A stretch of 64,000 bases of DNA from Chrysomallon squamiferum (GCA_012295275.1 CM022670.1:4836001-4900000), one strand, 5' to 3'. Counted from the stretch's first letter, positions 1-15,215 are shown. Numbers and translations are program-made. Notes: generated from the sequence alone by a model not told the origin.

Positions 1-356
1 TGTACTTAGACATGAAAACACAGAACATGTGGCAAACAAAAAAGCAATTACCAGAGAGAACATTAACACGTGAGTATGTGTGTCAAACAGAGAGGCGAAA
101 ACCCAAAAACATTTCCCCTTCGTTTAGCGAGCAGTCGAAACGTACACGGGATGAAAGCTTGGATGCACATTAAAAACACATTGTTGTTTTATAGTCGTTT
201 CTGTGTATTGTTGTTATTTATATAGTTAATTTTATATTTTTGACGATTTATTTGTTTATTTTATCTCTGCTGCAGATACATTGGTCATTTGATTTTATAG
301 CTACATTTATTATTAAATTATTCATTGTTTTCAAATAATATTTCAATAATCTATTT

Positions 357-369
<13 letters not shown>

Positions 370-423
<54 letters not shown>
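370..423. repeat. (AG)n microsatellite
   Basis: Pure GA run; similar runs at 1489-1573 and about 10134-10223. Confidence 0.95.
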
Positions 424-425
<2 letters not shown>

Positions 426-1486
426 GTAACTAAATTGAGGCAAATGCTTAACACCGAAATTGACAATTTTTTAATTTTTTATTTTTCCATAAAAAGATTT
501 TATTAAAAAATAAATATATATATAAATGGTTAGAATCGAGGATTTTGCGTCTTTCAAGTCCCAAACCTCTCGCCCAGACAGTTTTGCCCCGCTCCGATCG
601 ACGATTAAGTGTTTTTGCCTCATTTCAAAAACAGTCTAGTTACGGCCATGATATATATATATATATATAGAATCCAACGAACAGCAAAAATTTCGAACTG
701 GTTTTAATTAATTATTAGTAGTAATGATAGCAGACCAATACGCAGACGTTTGTAGGGAGAGGTGCGCATTGGACAGTTGAGCACAGAAACGCACAAATAC
801 ACATACAGACATACACATATAAACACACACACACACAATGTTAACTTTGAATTTTCGACATCGCAAGACTCAACGGACCGGTAATCAGATTTATTTGAAC
901 TGAAGCGAACTGATCCGTCAAATATCAGTCTAACACGTTTTCACTCTCTATTACTTTGTGAAACAGTCAACGGGCCATGAGATATACATCTTATTTCACA
1001 AGCTGGTCAGTGATAAAAATCGCCACATGTCAAGTACAACTGTATACAGTTTGACAATCGTAATCTCTCGTCCAAAACCCAAATGTCTTTATTACAAGTC
1101 AATAAAGCAGTTTTCAGTTTACTTCAGCGATCGGGCCAGTGATATCAATTATAGATAATAAAATTAATGTTGTCGTTTAGAGCCAAGGTAAAATAAAATA
1201 ATTTATATAAAGCACCCCATTAATTTATTGCGAACATAAAAGATTAATTATTTTCTTTTCTTAATGATTTGTATCCATGTAAAATTAATTACTTGGATAC
1301 AGTAGTACTTGAGAACGGTGGCAAATGATATGCGTGCAGGGAGCAAAGTGGTTTCTTTTTTTTTTAATTTTATGTATAATTTTTAAAAATTTTGGTGTCG
1401 CTATGTATGTATGTAGGTAGATATGTCAGGTGATGTGTGTATGTATGAGACGACGATGAACAAGAAAGGCATGCGTGAAAACATCT

Positions 1487-1576
<90 letters not shown>

Positions 1577-2247
1577 CATTAATGATGATTTATAAGTAAC
1601 GAGTTAAGATTACTCTGCTACTCATATATTATTATAATGTTCAAAATACTTTTTTTTATTATTTTCTTTTTTTAGTGTACTAGGAGCATTAGCTTTTTAA
1701 ATTTAGAAAGAAGAAGAAGAAAAAAAGTAATTAATATTCCAGCCCCAAAACAACAATTTAAATATTCCCTACTTGTTTACAGTAAGCAAACATCTTCATT
1801 TATTTAAAGTCCTTACCAAAACAAACAAGAAATACATTTGTTCTTACAAATTGTGTTTATATGTTTGTATAAATGTGTGCGTGTGTGCCAACATATTCAT
1901 TAGCACCTGTATATTTTAGGGAATTGGTGATCCCATCAATTCCTGGGTCAACGTCTGGCCGCATAGTTCAACTTGATGAACATTGCACTATTCTTCTTTT
2001 TAAAAACAAATAAATTAATTAATTATAATAAAAAAAAAAAAAAAAAATATACTAAAAATGGCAATATCTGAAAATGGGAAGAAATAAAAAAAAAATTAAA
2101 AACTTAAAAGAAAATAATAATAAAAATAAATGAAGGCAAAAGAATAATAATAATAATAATAATTTTTTTTATAAAAACTTTAAAGAAAATAATAATAATA
2201 ATAAATGAAGGCAAAAGAATAATAATAATAATAAATAAAAAAATTAC

Positions 2248-2302
2248 CTTTAGCTAGCAGTACATGTTCCATCTGTCTTTCGGCGGCGAACAATGATTTC
2301 AT
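2248..2302 (-). CDS. Candidate first coding exon of an unidentified minus-strand gene continuing left out of the window (MKSLFAAERQMEHVLLAK, phase 1)
   Basis: ATG at 2302 is open to a strong donor AAG|GTAATT at 2247. It is preceded by a CpG-rich, 5'UTR-like stretch (2300-2620). No homology recognised. Confidence 0.4.
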
Positions 2303-2642
2303 CCGTGAAAGAAAACTAAATTTCTACAGTACTCGAATATTGTGTTAGACAAACAGCACTCATCTCGGCCCGCAGTCTGCTCAACCAGTGTGCTACACGT
2401 AAAAACACACTTCCCACAGGGACAAACGGACACGACAGACAGAAAGACACTCGAAGACAACATCAAGCGAATTATCCATCACCAGCCGGGCAGCTCGCTT
2501 GCTCGTTCTGTTCAAACAACAAAGTTTAATATCGAAAGCCGTGCACAAGATTCACACAGTTAGTCGTCTTCAGAAAAATCCTTAAACCTAGCTAATCGAT
2601 GAACTGTTTCGTATGAATTGTTTTCCGTTTGACAGATATTTT

Positions 2643-2808
2643 CAGGGTCGGATCCACAACTTCAAAAAAAGGATACTGTTATTATGGAAATTTTGTTTTA
2701 AATTAATTAACAATAAGAAAATAAATAAGAAAATAAATTTAGAAAACAGCCAACAGGTGAGGTTTAGTCCTGTAAGAACACTCCCCCCACCCCCTAGATC
2801 CGCGCCTG
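2643..2808. mobile_element. Degenerate short MITE-like element
   Basis: Imperfect terminal inverted repeats CAGGGTCGGATCCA ... TAGATCCGCGCCTG (11/14 match), with a C-rich tract before the right end. No clear target-site duplication. Confidence 0.4.
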
Positions 2809-3082
2809 GACATTTTTTTTATTGTCGTCCGAGCACAAAAGAAATGGGACTGTAGCTAATTCCTATTATTATAATTATTGACACTTTTTGGTGTCTGTTC
2901 TGCTGAAGATCTCTATTGATATTTTTCGTTTGCCGGTCTTGCTAACGAGACAGATTCAAGTGTTTTGGACGGAGAACACGCTGAGTAAATAAAAGAAATT
3001 TGAAAACGAGAGAAGTGAAAAAGAGGGAAGGAAATAACAAAAGTGTATATAATTGTTAAGATGGTTATCTTAAAAAAAAAAA

Positions 3083-3130
<48 letters not shown>

Positions 3131-3244
3131 TCATTTATTTTGTTTTACGTCATTTTCAATCATTTATTTTACTCTAAAAACACATTTTAAAAATACGTTA
3201 ATAGCCTTTAAAAGAAAATATGATATGGTCATTAAACATTAATG

Positions 3245-3283
<39 letters not shown>

Positions 3284-4485
3284 GATAAATATAACGAAAC
3301 AGCTTTTAAAACATTCCGTTAAAAAAGACATTTTAATTTAGCTAATTTCTTAACGTTTGGATTTTGCTCCAATATTTAAAAAAAAACAAAAAACGTTGAT
3401 AATGAGGACGATGATGATGATGATGATGATGTTTATTATTATTATTGTTGTTGTTAATTTAGTTTTTACTTTATTTTTTATCGTTTTATTTATTTTTTAT
3501 TTATTTATTACTGCTACTCCTACTACAACTACTGTCACCACCACCTCCACTACCTCTACTACTACTACAGCTATTATTTATTTATATTTTAAAACGTTAT
3601 TTCACGTGAAGCCATTAATAAAAATAACAAAACAGACTTTATACTATCGGTTTTCCGAAATCCATTTCAACAAATACCTCGACAGAAAAAGTCCTTTCAA
3701 TATGCGAGCGGGAAACAGGTGCTTAGAAATAAAAATAACATAAAGCTCGAAATAATAAAGAAATGTACTCATTACATTAAGAAATATGAATACAGCAAAC
3801 TAACATATGTATTATAAATAAATGTTTTATTTGAAAGATACTTGAACAAAATGACTGTAAACTAATTAAATTCTGTTAAAAAAAGGAGCATCAAAAACGT
3901 CAATAAATTATAAAAATAGCTACACATCGTGTATTCGCGTATTCTCCTTCTTTTCCCCTCAGTGATAACATCATCAAGTACTATTAGTAATAATTAGTGA
4001 TATATTCTATTTCATCAGCAGAAGTCGCACGGTGTGAACTTCGCCTTAAAGGGTTATCTCATACCGGTTCACACAGACACAAGGGTTGGCGCTAAGTATC
4101 AGTAACGTATTACTCCCGTGAGGCTAATGGAAATTACGTTTTGATGAGGTTTCGCCGTTCTGTGTCAACGTGATGATAACTTACTTGGATGAAAGCCACC
4201 ACGTTTGGCGATTCCTCACGTTACATAAACGCAAAATTCATTTGATGCCTGAAGTGAGTGATGCCGTGTTATGTAAAAGGGAAAATTCATTTGAAACAGA
4301 AATTAGAAGAAACAATGTGATTATCTTTGTAAAGAGTAATAAGTTAAAGTGATGATTATATGACGAGTCCTGTTCATTTTATGTGATTGCCTTGCTTTAC
4401 TATTTTATGAAAATTAATGTCTAATTTTATTCTTATAAAGGAAATTAGTTAAAAAGGTATCACAAAATAAAAATAAAGTAAAATA

Positions 4486-4524
<39 letters not shown>

Positions 4525-5149
4525 TAATTAATTAATTAATTAATTAATTAATTAATTAACTAATCAAAATCAAATGCCAGATTAAATACGGGAAACAAAA
4601 TCAAAATGGATATCAGATTGAAAGAAAGAAGAAAACAAAAAGTTAAGAATAAAGACAAGGATGAACGAAAGAAACAAAGAGGAAATAAAAGAAGAAAAAA
4701 AAAAGAAGAAAGAAAACAAAAAGTGAAGAATGAAAGAAACGAAGAGGAAAAAACAAAACAACAACACAAAAGAGTTCAAAAAGGGGAGATAAAACATGAG
4801 ACCGCCATGTAAACAAGAACGGCGTCTGTCAGTAAAAGTGCCTCGCTGCAACACGCGGCTCCTGTCAGCTCCTGTTTATGTCAAACTGCTGGCTTTCGTT
4901 TTATTTTCCTTTCTAGCTCACAAAACTGCTAATGCAAGATTGTTTCGTTAGTTACAGCCACGTAACACTGCTTTATTGCTAATCGTAAGACAGTGTTAGT
5001 GTAATATGAGTTACTTTTCTTTCAATTAAGGCTGTATAATAACAATTTTATTAACGAAAGTTATACAATACATATGTTTCAATTAAAATAAAAAAATATA
5101 TATATGTATATATTTTTTAAAAAGCCACGGAATAATAATTTCATTTATA

Positions 5150-5500
5150 TTATTATATTATTTTCACTAAATACCTGATTATACTAAGTTCACTAATACC
5201 CGATGCTATTTTCACTAAATACTAAATTCAGTAAATGTTATATTAGTTTTCAATAAATACCATATAGAACTACTAGAGTCACTAAATACCACATTATACT
5301 AATATCACTCAGTGCCTTGTTATAATTTTGCTAAATATCTGATTATATAAGTTTCACAAAAATACCATATTAAACTAGTTTTATTCAACAGCATATTATA
5401 CTAATATCACTAAATGCCTTATTATACTAAATATCTGTATTAATTTCACTTAAAACCATATTATACTGTTTTCACTAAATACCTTTTTATTCTAGTTATA
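5150..5500. repeat. Degenerate ~27-bp minisatellite (consensus ~ATTATACTAGTTTTCACTAAATACC)
   Basis: Recurring TTCACTAAATACC and ATTATACTA motifs, roughly a dozen diverged units. Confidence 0.7.
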
Positions 5501-7352
5501 TTCTTTCACCTCAGGTTAATAAAATTAACATCAATATTTCATTTAAAAGACAATTAAAATAATAATTTCATTATTCTCTTTAAGTAACAGCATTTAAATA
5601 TTCCTAACTTTTTAAGTATTAATGTTTAGATAGCTGTATATTCCTAATATTTTAATCAATAGCATTGAGTATGTCACATATTTCCCAAATTTTGCATATA
5701 TTTAATGTTCTTAATTTCAAGTAGCAAAATTTAGATTGCTGCATATTCCTAATATTTTAAGTTGTAATATTTAGATAACTGCATACTTCTTAATTTCTCT
5801 ATTTCACCTGGAGAAAATAAATAACTCTTACCTTGATATATACACATGCTGTTGGAAATAATTTGAAAGATAATAATCCAGTCATAGCTTGCTGAAGGTG
5901 AACGCTGAATTAAACAGTCTGCGGAGTTTTGATTCAGCTGAGCGGTACAGAACAAAATACCAGCACATTTGATTTTAATATTTAATTAATCTGCTGGCGT
6001 TGTGTTTTACTAAGAGCTGTAATAATCAGCGTTTTAATAATTAATTATTTACTAACATACTGTAAGACAGCTGTCTCATCATGCACATAACGCATAAAGA
6101 AATACGAAAAAAAGCTGAAATTTTTATGTTTATTCAATAGAGTGTTTTTTTCTTTTTCCTTCTTTTTAAATTTTTTTTTTTAATGTATAATTTATTTAAT
6201 GAAAGATTTCAGTGTGAAAACATAATGGTTTTGTTTGAGATGATACTGGTGTTAACATCAATGAATTATGATCTCATTTTTAATTATTTTATAAAACAAA
6301 ATAACGATCTATAAATGATTCAAAAGTTTTAGAATCAGTGAACTGGAAATATGCTTTTGATTTAATTTAATTTATAGCTAAAACGCTTTGAACCGAGAAT
6401 TGTAAGTTTTAAATAATAATAATAACAATAAGCCTATAATTTCAATAAATATAATAACAATAATAGCAGTAATATTAACAATAATAATAAAAGAATGTTT
6501 TTAATATTATTATTTGTAGTTCTTTAGTTCTTTAATTTTTTATCTGTAAATTTATCTTTTTCTTTTTCTACAATCTGTTTTTTCCTCTCCTTCTTTGTCC
6601 TCTTTCCTCATTTATTCCTTCCTTTTTCTTCCTTTCTTTTATCCTTCTTTCATTCACCATTCCTTTCTCTCTTTTCTACTTAATTTATTTATAAATAAAA
6701 TGACCTGTTTCACCATTTTTCTTTGACAACAGTATTCATACTTCAGTATTAATACATCTGTATACGTTTACTAAAAACAAATGCTGGTAAAAAAGTCTGT
6801 GGTCATCAGACCACACACAAAACAAAGCAATGAAGTCGACAACCGTGTCGCTGTGCTTCAGATCAACCATGTGCAATTAGGAAGATATGAGTGCATCACT
6901 TTGTCATCAATAAACAAAACAATGAAGGAAAAGAAAAAATAAGAATGATTCACATTGTTTAAAACATTATTTTCAATAATTTAACCAGATGAAAATTAGT
7001 TTACATGTCATTAAAAGGCATCTGATTTATTGAAAATAAATAACTTCATACCATTCTGAACATGTGTTTGTGTTTGAAAATATATTAATTTTGTTTATGA
7101 GTGTTATTTTATTTTTTTTTTTGATTTTTTTTTTAAAGAAAATTTTTAATTGGAGTTAATGAGGATAATGAGGATTTTCTTCTTCTTCCTTTTGTTTTTA
7201 TTAATGATTTATATTCATAATTTTGTGTGAACTGCCTGTGTGTGTGTTAGTGTATGTGTGTGTGCCTGAGTTTGTGCATGTATGTATATATGCTATATAT
7301 ATATAAATGTATGTATGTATGTATGTCTTTGTATGTGTATGTACCTCTATTA

Positions 7353-7387
<35 letters not shown>

Positions 7388-10129
7388 AATACATGTAACT
7401 TTATCTTTACACAGCCATAATCTGTACTGTGTGTACATTTACAACCATACATCTATATTTACATACACAAACATATATTGTGCACTCAGCTGCATCAGCA
7501 CCTAGCAACACCAATGGACAAGACAGGCTTTAATGTAACCACAACAAAACCAGTCTAAATATAGAGTCACACTTGATTTCAGACAAACAGACGGATGTAC
7601 AAATACCTGCATGCTAACACAGAAAATTCCTCCATTGTATATAGAAAGACAAAAGAAATATTGACCGCAGAGAATTCAGTTCAGAAAGTTATTCCTGAAA
7701 AATGCCACATTTAATTTCCCTGAATACTTTAATACAGATGATAATGATTTAATATTCAGAGTACTTAATATATTGCTGAATAATTCTGGATATTAAAATA
7801 TAAATGTGTATTGTGACACAGAGGGAGTTTTACCAGTGCGGTATAATTAACATAAAAACAAACATAGTTTGTTGTTTGTTTTTATTGTTTGTTTATTATT
7901 ATTTTTTTTTGTTTTTATTATTATTTATTCACTGATTTACTTATTTTATTTTTGTTATTTATTTCTGTGTTTTATTTAATATCCTTTTTTACTCCAATTT
8001 TTGTTACTACTTTATTTTATTATATATTTATAAAAAGAATCTCAAAGCATTAGCAGATTATTGTATTTTAGCTTCTAACTATTTTCTATTGACTGTTTAT
8101 TTATATGCAATATTTTTATTATAATAGATTTATTTATTTATTTAATTTCTTAGGAAGAACCTCAGGTCCACAAGATTTGAACCCACAGCCTTCTGTTACA
8201 TTTTGTAGATTAATATAATGTTTACAATATAATAATTTATGTAATATCTTCTACACCACAGATTACATTTATAAATAATATAATTACAGTATACTTATTT
8301 ATCTAATATGTCCTAAATCACAGATTTTATTTATAAATAAAATATTTCAATATTCTATTTGTGCACCCAATGTATATACAGTTTATGAGAATTATAAATC
8401 ACTGTCATAATTCTGTAAATATTTTGACATAATAAAACTTATCATTTTCAAGCCTCATTAAGCTGTACTGATATCAGCAATCTCACAGCAGCCTAGTGGC
8501 AAAATATCACCGGTCTTACAGCAGCTTATCAGCAGAATATCATCAGCTAACTTTCACAGAAGAGATGGCTTCCAGGAAGACCTGAAGTCAAAAACAGAAT
8601 TCCTCATTGTCTAAACAATGAACATTAACTCACCTGTACATCCAGGCAATTGCTTTATCAAAGGGAACATCTCCAACACACCTGAACTACCTGTACTAAT
8701 AATTGTCTACCTGTTGATTAAACCTCTCACTGCTGTTATCAGTATAAAAATCTGGTGTGTTACGTATCTTGAAGCATTTCGTGCACCGAGACAAGATGGT
8801 AAATGTGTTAATTATGCTTGGTTTTCTTTACGAAATTAAACATTTATTCTGCTTGCGATTAAAATATTATTACTGACTCATGGGCAGATTTGTCTGCACA
8901 AAACAATGTGCCCATGACAGCTGTGCCTGAAGCCTTAAGATAAGAAATAGTAAATACATTGATTAGAGGAATTTTGACAAAGACTGATCAGTAATATTTA
9001 CATGTTAACTGCTGTCTGGCTCTTTTTCCATTCTCCCCATCTTCTTTCTCCTTTTTATCTTTCTTTTCATTTTCCCTCTTTCTTTCTCTGTCTCTTCTCT
9101 CTTTTTCTCTGTCACTTTATCTCTCCTCTCATACTCTGTTTCTCACTTTTTTATCTCTCTCACTTTCTTCTTCTTTCTCATTCTCTCATTGCTTTTTCTT
9201 GTTGTTACATTGTTATGTCAGATTAAATTAATACAGAATATTTCATATCTGAAAATGAATTCTTAGGAATTTACTCAAGTCTTTCAATCTCTATATTGTT
9301 GTATCTTGTACATAATTCTTAAACTTAAATCATCACCAACAGAGAAATTAATGTAGTTAATATAAATAATTCCAAAAAAATAGCTGAATGTCTCTTTAAA
9401 TCAAAAAACAAAAACAAAAAAAAAAAAAAAAACAGAAACAAAACAAAAACAAAATAAATAAAAGAAGAAAAAACCCCAAAATATAACAGTATTAAAGAAA
9501 AAAAATTATTTATAAAAAAAAAAGAGGAAAAGAAAAAAATGTCCTAAACAGAAAAACAATAACAAAAAAGAGAAAGAAGATGAAGAAAGGAAACAATGTT
9601 AAAAAAATTTAAAAATAATTTTATGAATAGAAAAGAATTATTCCTATAATAGAAAAATATAAATAGAAAAAAATCAAATTGTAAAAATCCAAAAACAAAG
9701 AACAATAATAGATTCTAAAAAAAAAACCCCAGTAATAATAATAAAAATTAAAATTAAAAACGTGTCACAATTTTATTACAACTCGTATCACAAACAACAT
9801 TCCTCAGTTCCTGTAGAATATTTGAAAACTCAAACAAACGCGATCCCATCTCAACTAAAAATTGTGTCTGAACCAACATACTTTGGCTTCTCAGTGACTC
9901 CGAAGTGTTATAAAGAGACAGCTTCACATTGTTGAGATCTGGAGTCATTTTTGTTCATAGCCGCAGATTTAGGGGTCTTTTCTCCCTGATCCAGACAGGA
10001 CAGTGTTTTTGTTGTTCGGTGAAACAACAGACAGAAAACAAAGACATTTGTCTGAGGTGAAAGTATGGGAACTGATGTTCACTGGTGATATCCATAGAGA
10101 AAGAAGTTATCACTGCTTTGTCTATTGAA

Positions 10130-10232
<103 letters not shown>

Positions 10233-10342
10233 TATTTTTTTAAACTAGTTGATGCATGTAACTCAGTGTTTTTATATTGTGTTATATACTGTGTTGTAAT
10301 AATTATGTAAACATAGACAAGCTTCTCAAATACAAATATATA

Positions 10343-10373
<31 letters not shown>

Positions 10374-10512
10374 CAGTTTTATCTATTATCTTCTGCACAA
10401 TATTGTATTTATATATGTGTATGTCCTTCTGTCTGACTGTATGTACATATCTATATTTGCTTACATATATGTTTGTATTATTATAATTGAATTCTGCCAA
10501 GAAAACCACAAC

Positions 10513-10562
<50 letters not shown>

Positions 10563-10702
10563 GATCTGGAAGCAAAACCCTGTCAGAAAATATTTTAATT
10601 AACATTTGAATCCTGTTACAACCATCAAAGAAAAACATGTCAAACATTATTTAAAATTTTCAAAAATTACAACTATGTCTACAATGTATAACCCATACTT
10701 AC

Positions 10703-10757
10703 ATACTACGTCTGTCGTGTCCGTACACATCCTCTCAGAAACCAACGTAACACTAGA
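10703..10757 (-). CDS. Candidate small exon with start codon (MCTDTTDVV, phase 1)
   Basis: Minus strand reads TTTTCAG|...ATG at 10730...TAT|GTAAGT: canonical acceptor and donor around a 55-nt CpG-rich segment. Confidence 0.3.
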
Positions 10758-11609
10758 CTGAAAATGATGAGGAGGCAAGAACAACGTTGTGAAAATAACC
10801 CTCCCAAACTGAGTCAAGAGAAAGCCGGGAAGATTTAAAAGATTTGAGGGGATGTACTAGATAAACACGAAACTACAACAGAAAACATCAAAAGATATGT
10901 TAATCTTTTGGATACATTTTTGTTTCTTCTGACCTGAATAATGCTTCGTTTAATGCTGGGAGAGTAAAAGTTACATTTATTTCGTTTTTTTGTTGTTTGT
11001 GATTTTTATTTTGACCTATGGTATTAATTCTAAATGAAGAAAGACAAAGATAAATAAATATTAGTAGTAAATACATAATATATATATATATATATAATTA
11101 AAATCATAGATAAATCAAAATTATTAAAAAATACTATAAATAAATAAATAAATAAATTTTAATTAATTCCAATAAATAAATGTATTTTATTATATAACAA
11201 ACAAGAATTTTATAAAAAAAATTTCGGTTTGGTTTGATTTCTAATAATTAATAATTATAATTAAAAAAAAGAAGAAAAAGATATTTAATTTTCCATTTAA
11301 AGCCAGTATCTAAACAACCTAAATATTAAAAGCCAAAATATATATTTTTCAGTCTGTATGAAGATTCATATAAAAAATCTTTATTGCAAAAAGTATTTAA
11401 TGCTACCTAATGTGCTGAAAATAGTTTTCTTTCTTTACAGTTTAAAACTCAAAACCCAGTTCACCAACCAACTGATGCTCCTGTTTTATTCTTTCCCGTT
11501 AAAAACTTTCTTACTAAGAAGATAAGAAATAAAATGAAACAGTTTCTGCATACTCAGGCAGCTTGAAAGCAAAACAAATTTAATGTCATGGCTTGTGAAT
11601 TTATAATAT

Positions 11610-11641
<32 letters not shown>

Positions 11642-12804
11642 AAAGGAAAAATAGACCAGATGTTTTTTTTTTTTTTTTTTTTATGACTTCTACAGATTTA
11701 TTTAATACAAAATGTGGAATTTGTCAGAGTAATTTAGATTTGTGTGTCTGATCACCTGACCATTTGGTGTTGAAGTAGAAAGAGTGCAACGTGTAAAATC
11801 AGCATAGCATGGTTCATGTAAGTTAAGTGATCAAGAACAGAAGCACAACCAGACTCCAAAACAGTTTTACGAAAATACAACAACAACAATAATAAAAGCA
11901 ATGGTGATGGTGATGTTGATGATGACTGATGTAATGTTATAACTACTATTACAGCTGCTGATTCCACTGCTGCTGCTGCTTCTACAACAACTACTACTAC
12001 TACTACTATTATCAGTGGTGTTGTGTGGGCAGGGTTTGCTATGAAGTAGTGGATGGAACTGGGAATAGCTCATTTCCACAGGTTAAAGGTCACAGTACAC
12101 TTCACATAAATTGCCCCAGGCACTGGCCACCACTGCTACTACTACTGCTACTACTACTACCACTTCAGACTCTACATCGTATTCCAGTCTCAAAACAAGA
12201 AAAGCAGACTAATACATGTTTCACCAAATCGTCTTCTCAACTTGTTTGCTGATTCTAATTTCCTTAATGGCTCCTTCAGATTCAGACTCCTATTTTGACC
12301 CCCTTTCTGTTATAACAACATCTCCAAAAAGACATCTTCACTGTGACAGATTTATTCAGTCCAAAGTTCAATGTCTCACCTGTAGGGTGTGTCAACAGGT
12401 AAACAAATCATTAGGGTGCTGGGTGGGTGGTGGAGAACAAATCTCAGGTAAGAATAAGACTCCCAGAAAATGAAGGACAATTACCTAGTTCTTCAAGCTG
12501 ATTTTGTTTAGCTATAGGATTATTTTTTATTTTTTTATTTTTATTTTTTTGGTAAAAAGTTCAATATGTGAAATTTCAGTAGTGGAGTTATATTTTGATG
12601 TGTGATTGAGAATTGAAGTTCCTAAGTAAAGAACTCAGGTTGTTATTCAAGTAAAAATTCACAGTTTAAAAAGTGTGTAAAGAACTGAAGTTAATATGTG
12701 AGTAAAATTAACCTGAATTTGCTAATAATTGTATTATCTAAAGATACATTTAAAAAAAAAGATTTTTTGGTTTGCAATGAATAATAATAATAATAATAAT
12801 AATA

Positions 12805-12846
<42 letters not shown>

Positions 12847-14003
12847 ACTACAACAAAATTAATTAAAAGTAAACGGTGCAATTAAAAAGTGTAATGCAAT
12901 GGGGACTCAGTCTACATATTTAATTTTGTAATAATACATTTAATTTTGACATGGCCTTTTAATATACTTTTTTATGTCTTTTATTTTCATTACCTTTTAT
13001 GGATTTTTTTATTTTTAGTTGTTTTTTATTTTTTATTTTTATTTTTTATTACTATTTTATTTTTGTTAAATCTATGATTATTCATTTTAGTTTGAGTTTT
13101 GGATAATTTTCGTTTATTTTTAAAACTTTTTTGTTAAATCTATGATTATTCATTTTTTAGTTTGAGTTTATTATTTATCTTTTAATACGCTTTATTTATT
13201 TATGTGCATATGCTTTTGTTATGTTCTGTCAAAGAAAAAGGGTAAAGCATTGAAGACTTGGTCTTTGTAAACATTTTGTAACACTTAAAAATAAGTAAAA
13301 TGAAAATTAATTAATAATTTGAAATGCCCATATAAACAAGTAAGACAAAAAATTAAAAATTAAAATAAATAAATAAATAAATAAATAACAATAACAATAA
13401 TAATAAGCTATTTTTACCCCATTCGTTTTTTGTTTTCTTTTTTAGTTTTTTGTTTCGTTTTGTTTTTGTTATTTGGTTTTGGTAGTGCTGTTGTTCTTTC
13501 CTCGCATTGTACTCTTTTTATTTGTTTGTTTTGTTTTGTATTAGTAAAAGAAGAAAGAGAGAGAGAGATGAAAAGAAAGACAAAGAAAATTACCTTTCTG
13601 TACTTAAGTAAATCTGCGATAACTGGTTTAAGTATGAATCATTCGCTGTTATTTAATGTGGTTTTTTTCTCTCTCTCTCTCTCTCGCACGCACGCACGCA
13701 CGCCCAAACACACACACTGCAAGAGATATTACGTTATTTTATATTTATTTAGTAATTCCTTTTTCAGTTATTATTATTACGACCTAAACTCAACCCTATA
13801 CGCTAATTTATACTCGTTATCTCTGGCACTGGTGAACGTTTTGAAAACCGCGAAGCTATGTAAACATCACTCCGTAAACAGGTGGTGCTTTATTGGAACA
13901 ACAAAATCTGGGGAAAGCTTTAAAATTAATCAGCCATAATATTTCGAAATCCCTAATTTGAACACTGCTCAAAACTGCAATAAGTCAGTAACGTGACACG
14001 ACC

Positions 14004-14035
<32 letters not shown>

Positions 14036-14071
14036 GAAAAAGAAAATGTTGGCGTCAAAGACTTGAGTTCG

Positions 14072-14288
14072 CACGTGCCATTTATCAAAGATTTCCGCGT
14101 CAGTGGACGACTGCACGTTGTAAGTGACCAACAGACCGGGATCGCCAGCGCGTGGACTTTGAGCAAACCGTAACGAGAGTTATAAATAACCTGGCTGGCT
14201 TCATCGCTTCACTCTTACTGGGCTGGTCAGCTGTCAGTTTTGGGGGTCGTGTTTACAAGCTACAGCTACAGCGACAGCAGACGCAGTG
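14072..14288 (+). promoter_or_regulatory. Perilipin promoter and non-coding first exon
   Basis: E-box CACGTG at 14072-14077 and TATAAATA at 14181-14188. Inr-like TCACTC lies about 28 nt downstream, followed by donor GTG|GTAAGA at 14289. The region is locally CpG-rich. Confidence 0.65.
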
Positions 14289-15062
14289 GTAAGACAAAAA
14301 CTAGTGTCATTTGTACACATTAATTCGTCAATTTACTTCAGTTTTTGTTTTATATTGGTAACTTCTTTGAGGGGGGAAATTAACAGCACTTACGTTAGTA
14401 ACGCGTTTTTACACAAAGAATGCTGTCATTGTTTATATATTTTATGACCCAGTAAATATGCATAGCTATTTATAGCAAAGCTTTAATGCCCAGCTTTGTC
14501 CAACGTGGTAATTATTACTGGTCAAACGGTCATTTAGTCCACCTACAGGTTGCAACTCAGAAGTGTTTGTTGATTTGTGAAGGTGAATTCATGAAGCCGA
14601 TGTATCAAATCATTTAATTAAATGTGCCACTTCTTTTCTCAAGTTATTTTGGAGCACAGATTTGATTTTCAATTTAAAATTAGTCATTTGTGATTTTAAT
14701 TTTGTGATAAGAAAACTAGAGAAAAACTGTTATTGACATATTGGATGTAGGAGAAATGTTTGTTGTTTGTAGTTAATTAAATTTTCATTTTTTAATTTTT
14801 TCATTTTTACACATTTTGCAAATGTCGTATTTGGTACAAACCAAAGGGCTTTTAGGATCTGAATTTAGGATCTTTTAAGGAAAATAATAATCCTTGCTGC
14901 ATATCAAAACTTCAGTGGCAAATTACATAACTGTATTTTTTTATTTTTTTTTTTTTTTTTTTTATAGCCCTTTGGACGAAGGGATGTATTTTATGGATAA
15001 CAGTGCATTTTCAGTCACTTATAATTCATTATAACTAATCCCATTCTAGACCCATATCCATA

Positions 15063-15215
15063 ACTGTTTGTAAACTAATTCTTCACTGTTTGTAAACTAA
15101 TTCTTCACTGTTTGTAAACTAATTCTTCACTGTTTGTAAACTAATCCTTCACTGTTTGTAGACTAATCCTTCACTGTTTGTAGACTAATCCTTCACTGTT
15201 TTCCAGACCAATCCT
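15063..15215 (+). repeat. 22-bp tandem repeat (ACTGTTTGTAAACTAATTCTTC), 6 full copies plus a 7th spanning the splice acceptor
   Basis: Units start at 15063, 15085, 15107, 15129, 15151, 15173 and 15195. Confidence 0.95.

Noticed and set aside
2090-2240. Short local direct duplications (also 13060-13170 and 25630-25820)
   Set aside because: Ordinary slippage duplications in AT-rich DNA.
15063-15215. CRISPR-like appearance of the 22-bp repeat
   Set aside because: Head-to-tail units with no spacers, eukaryotic context and no cas genes.
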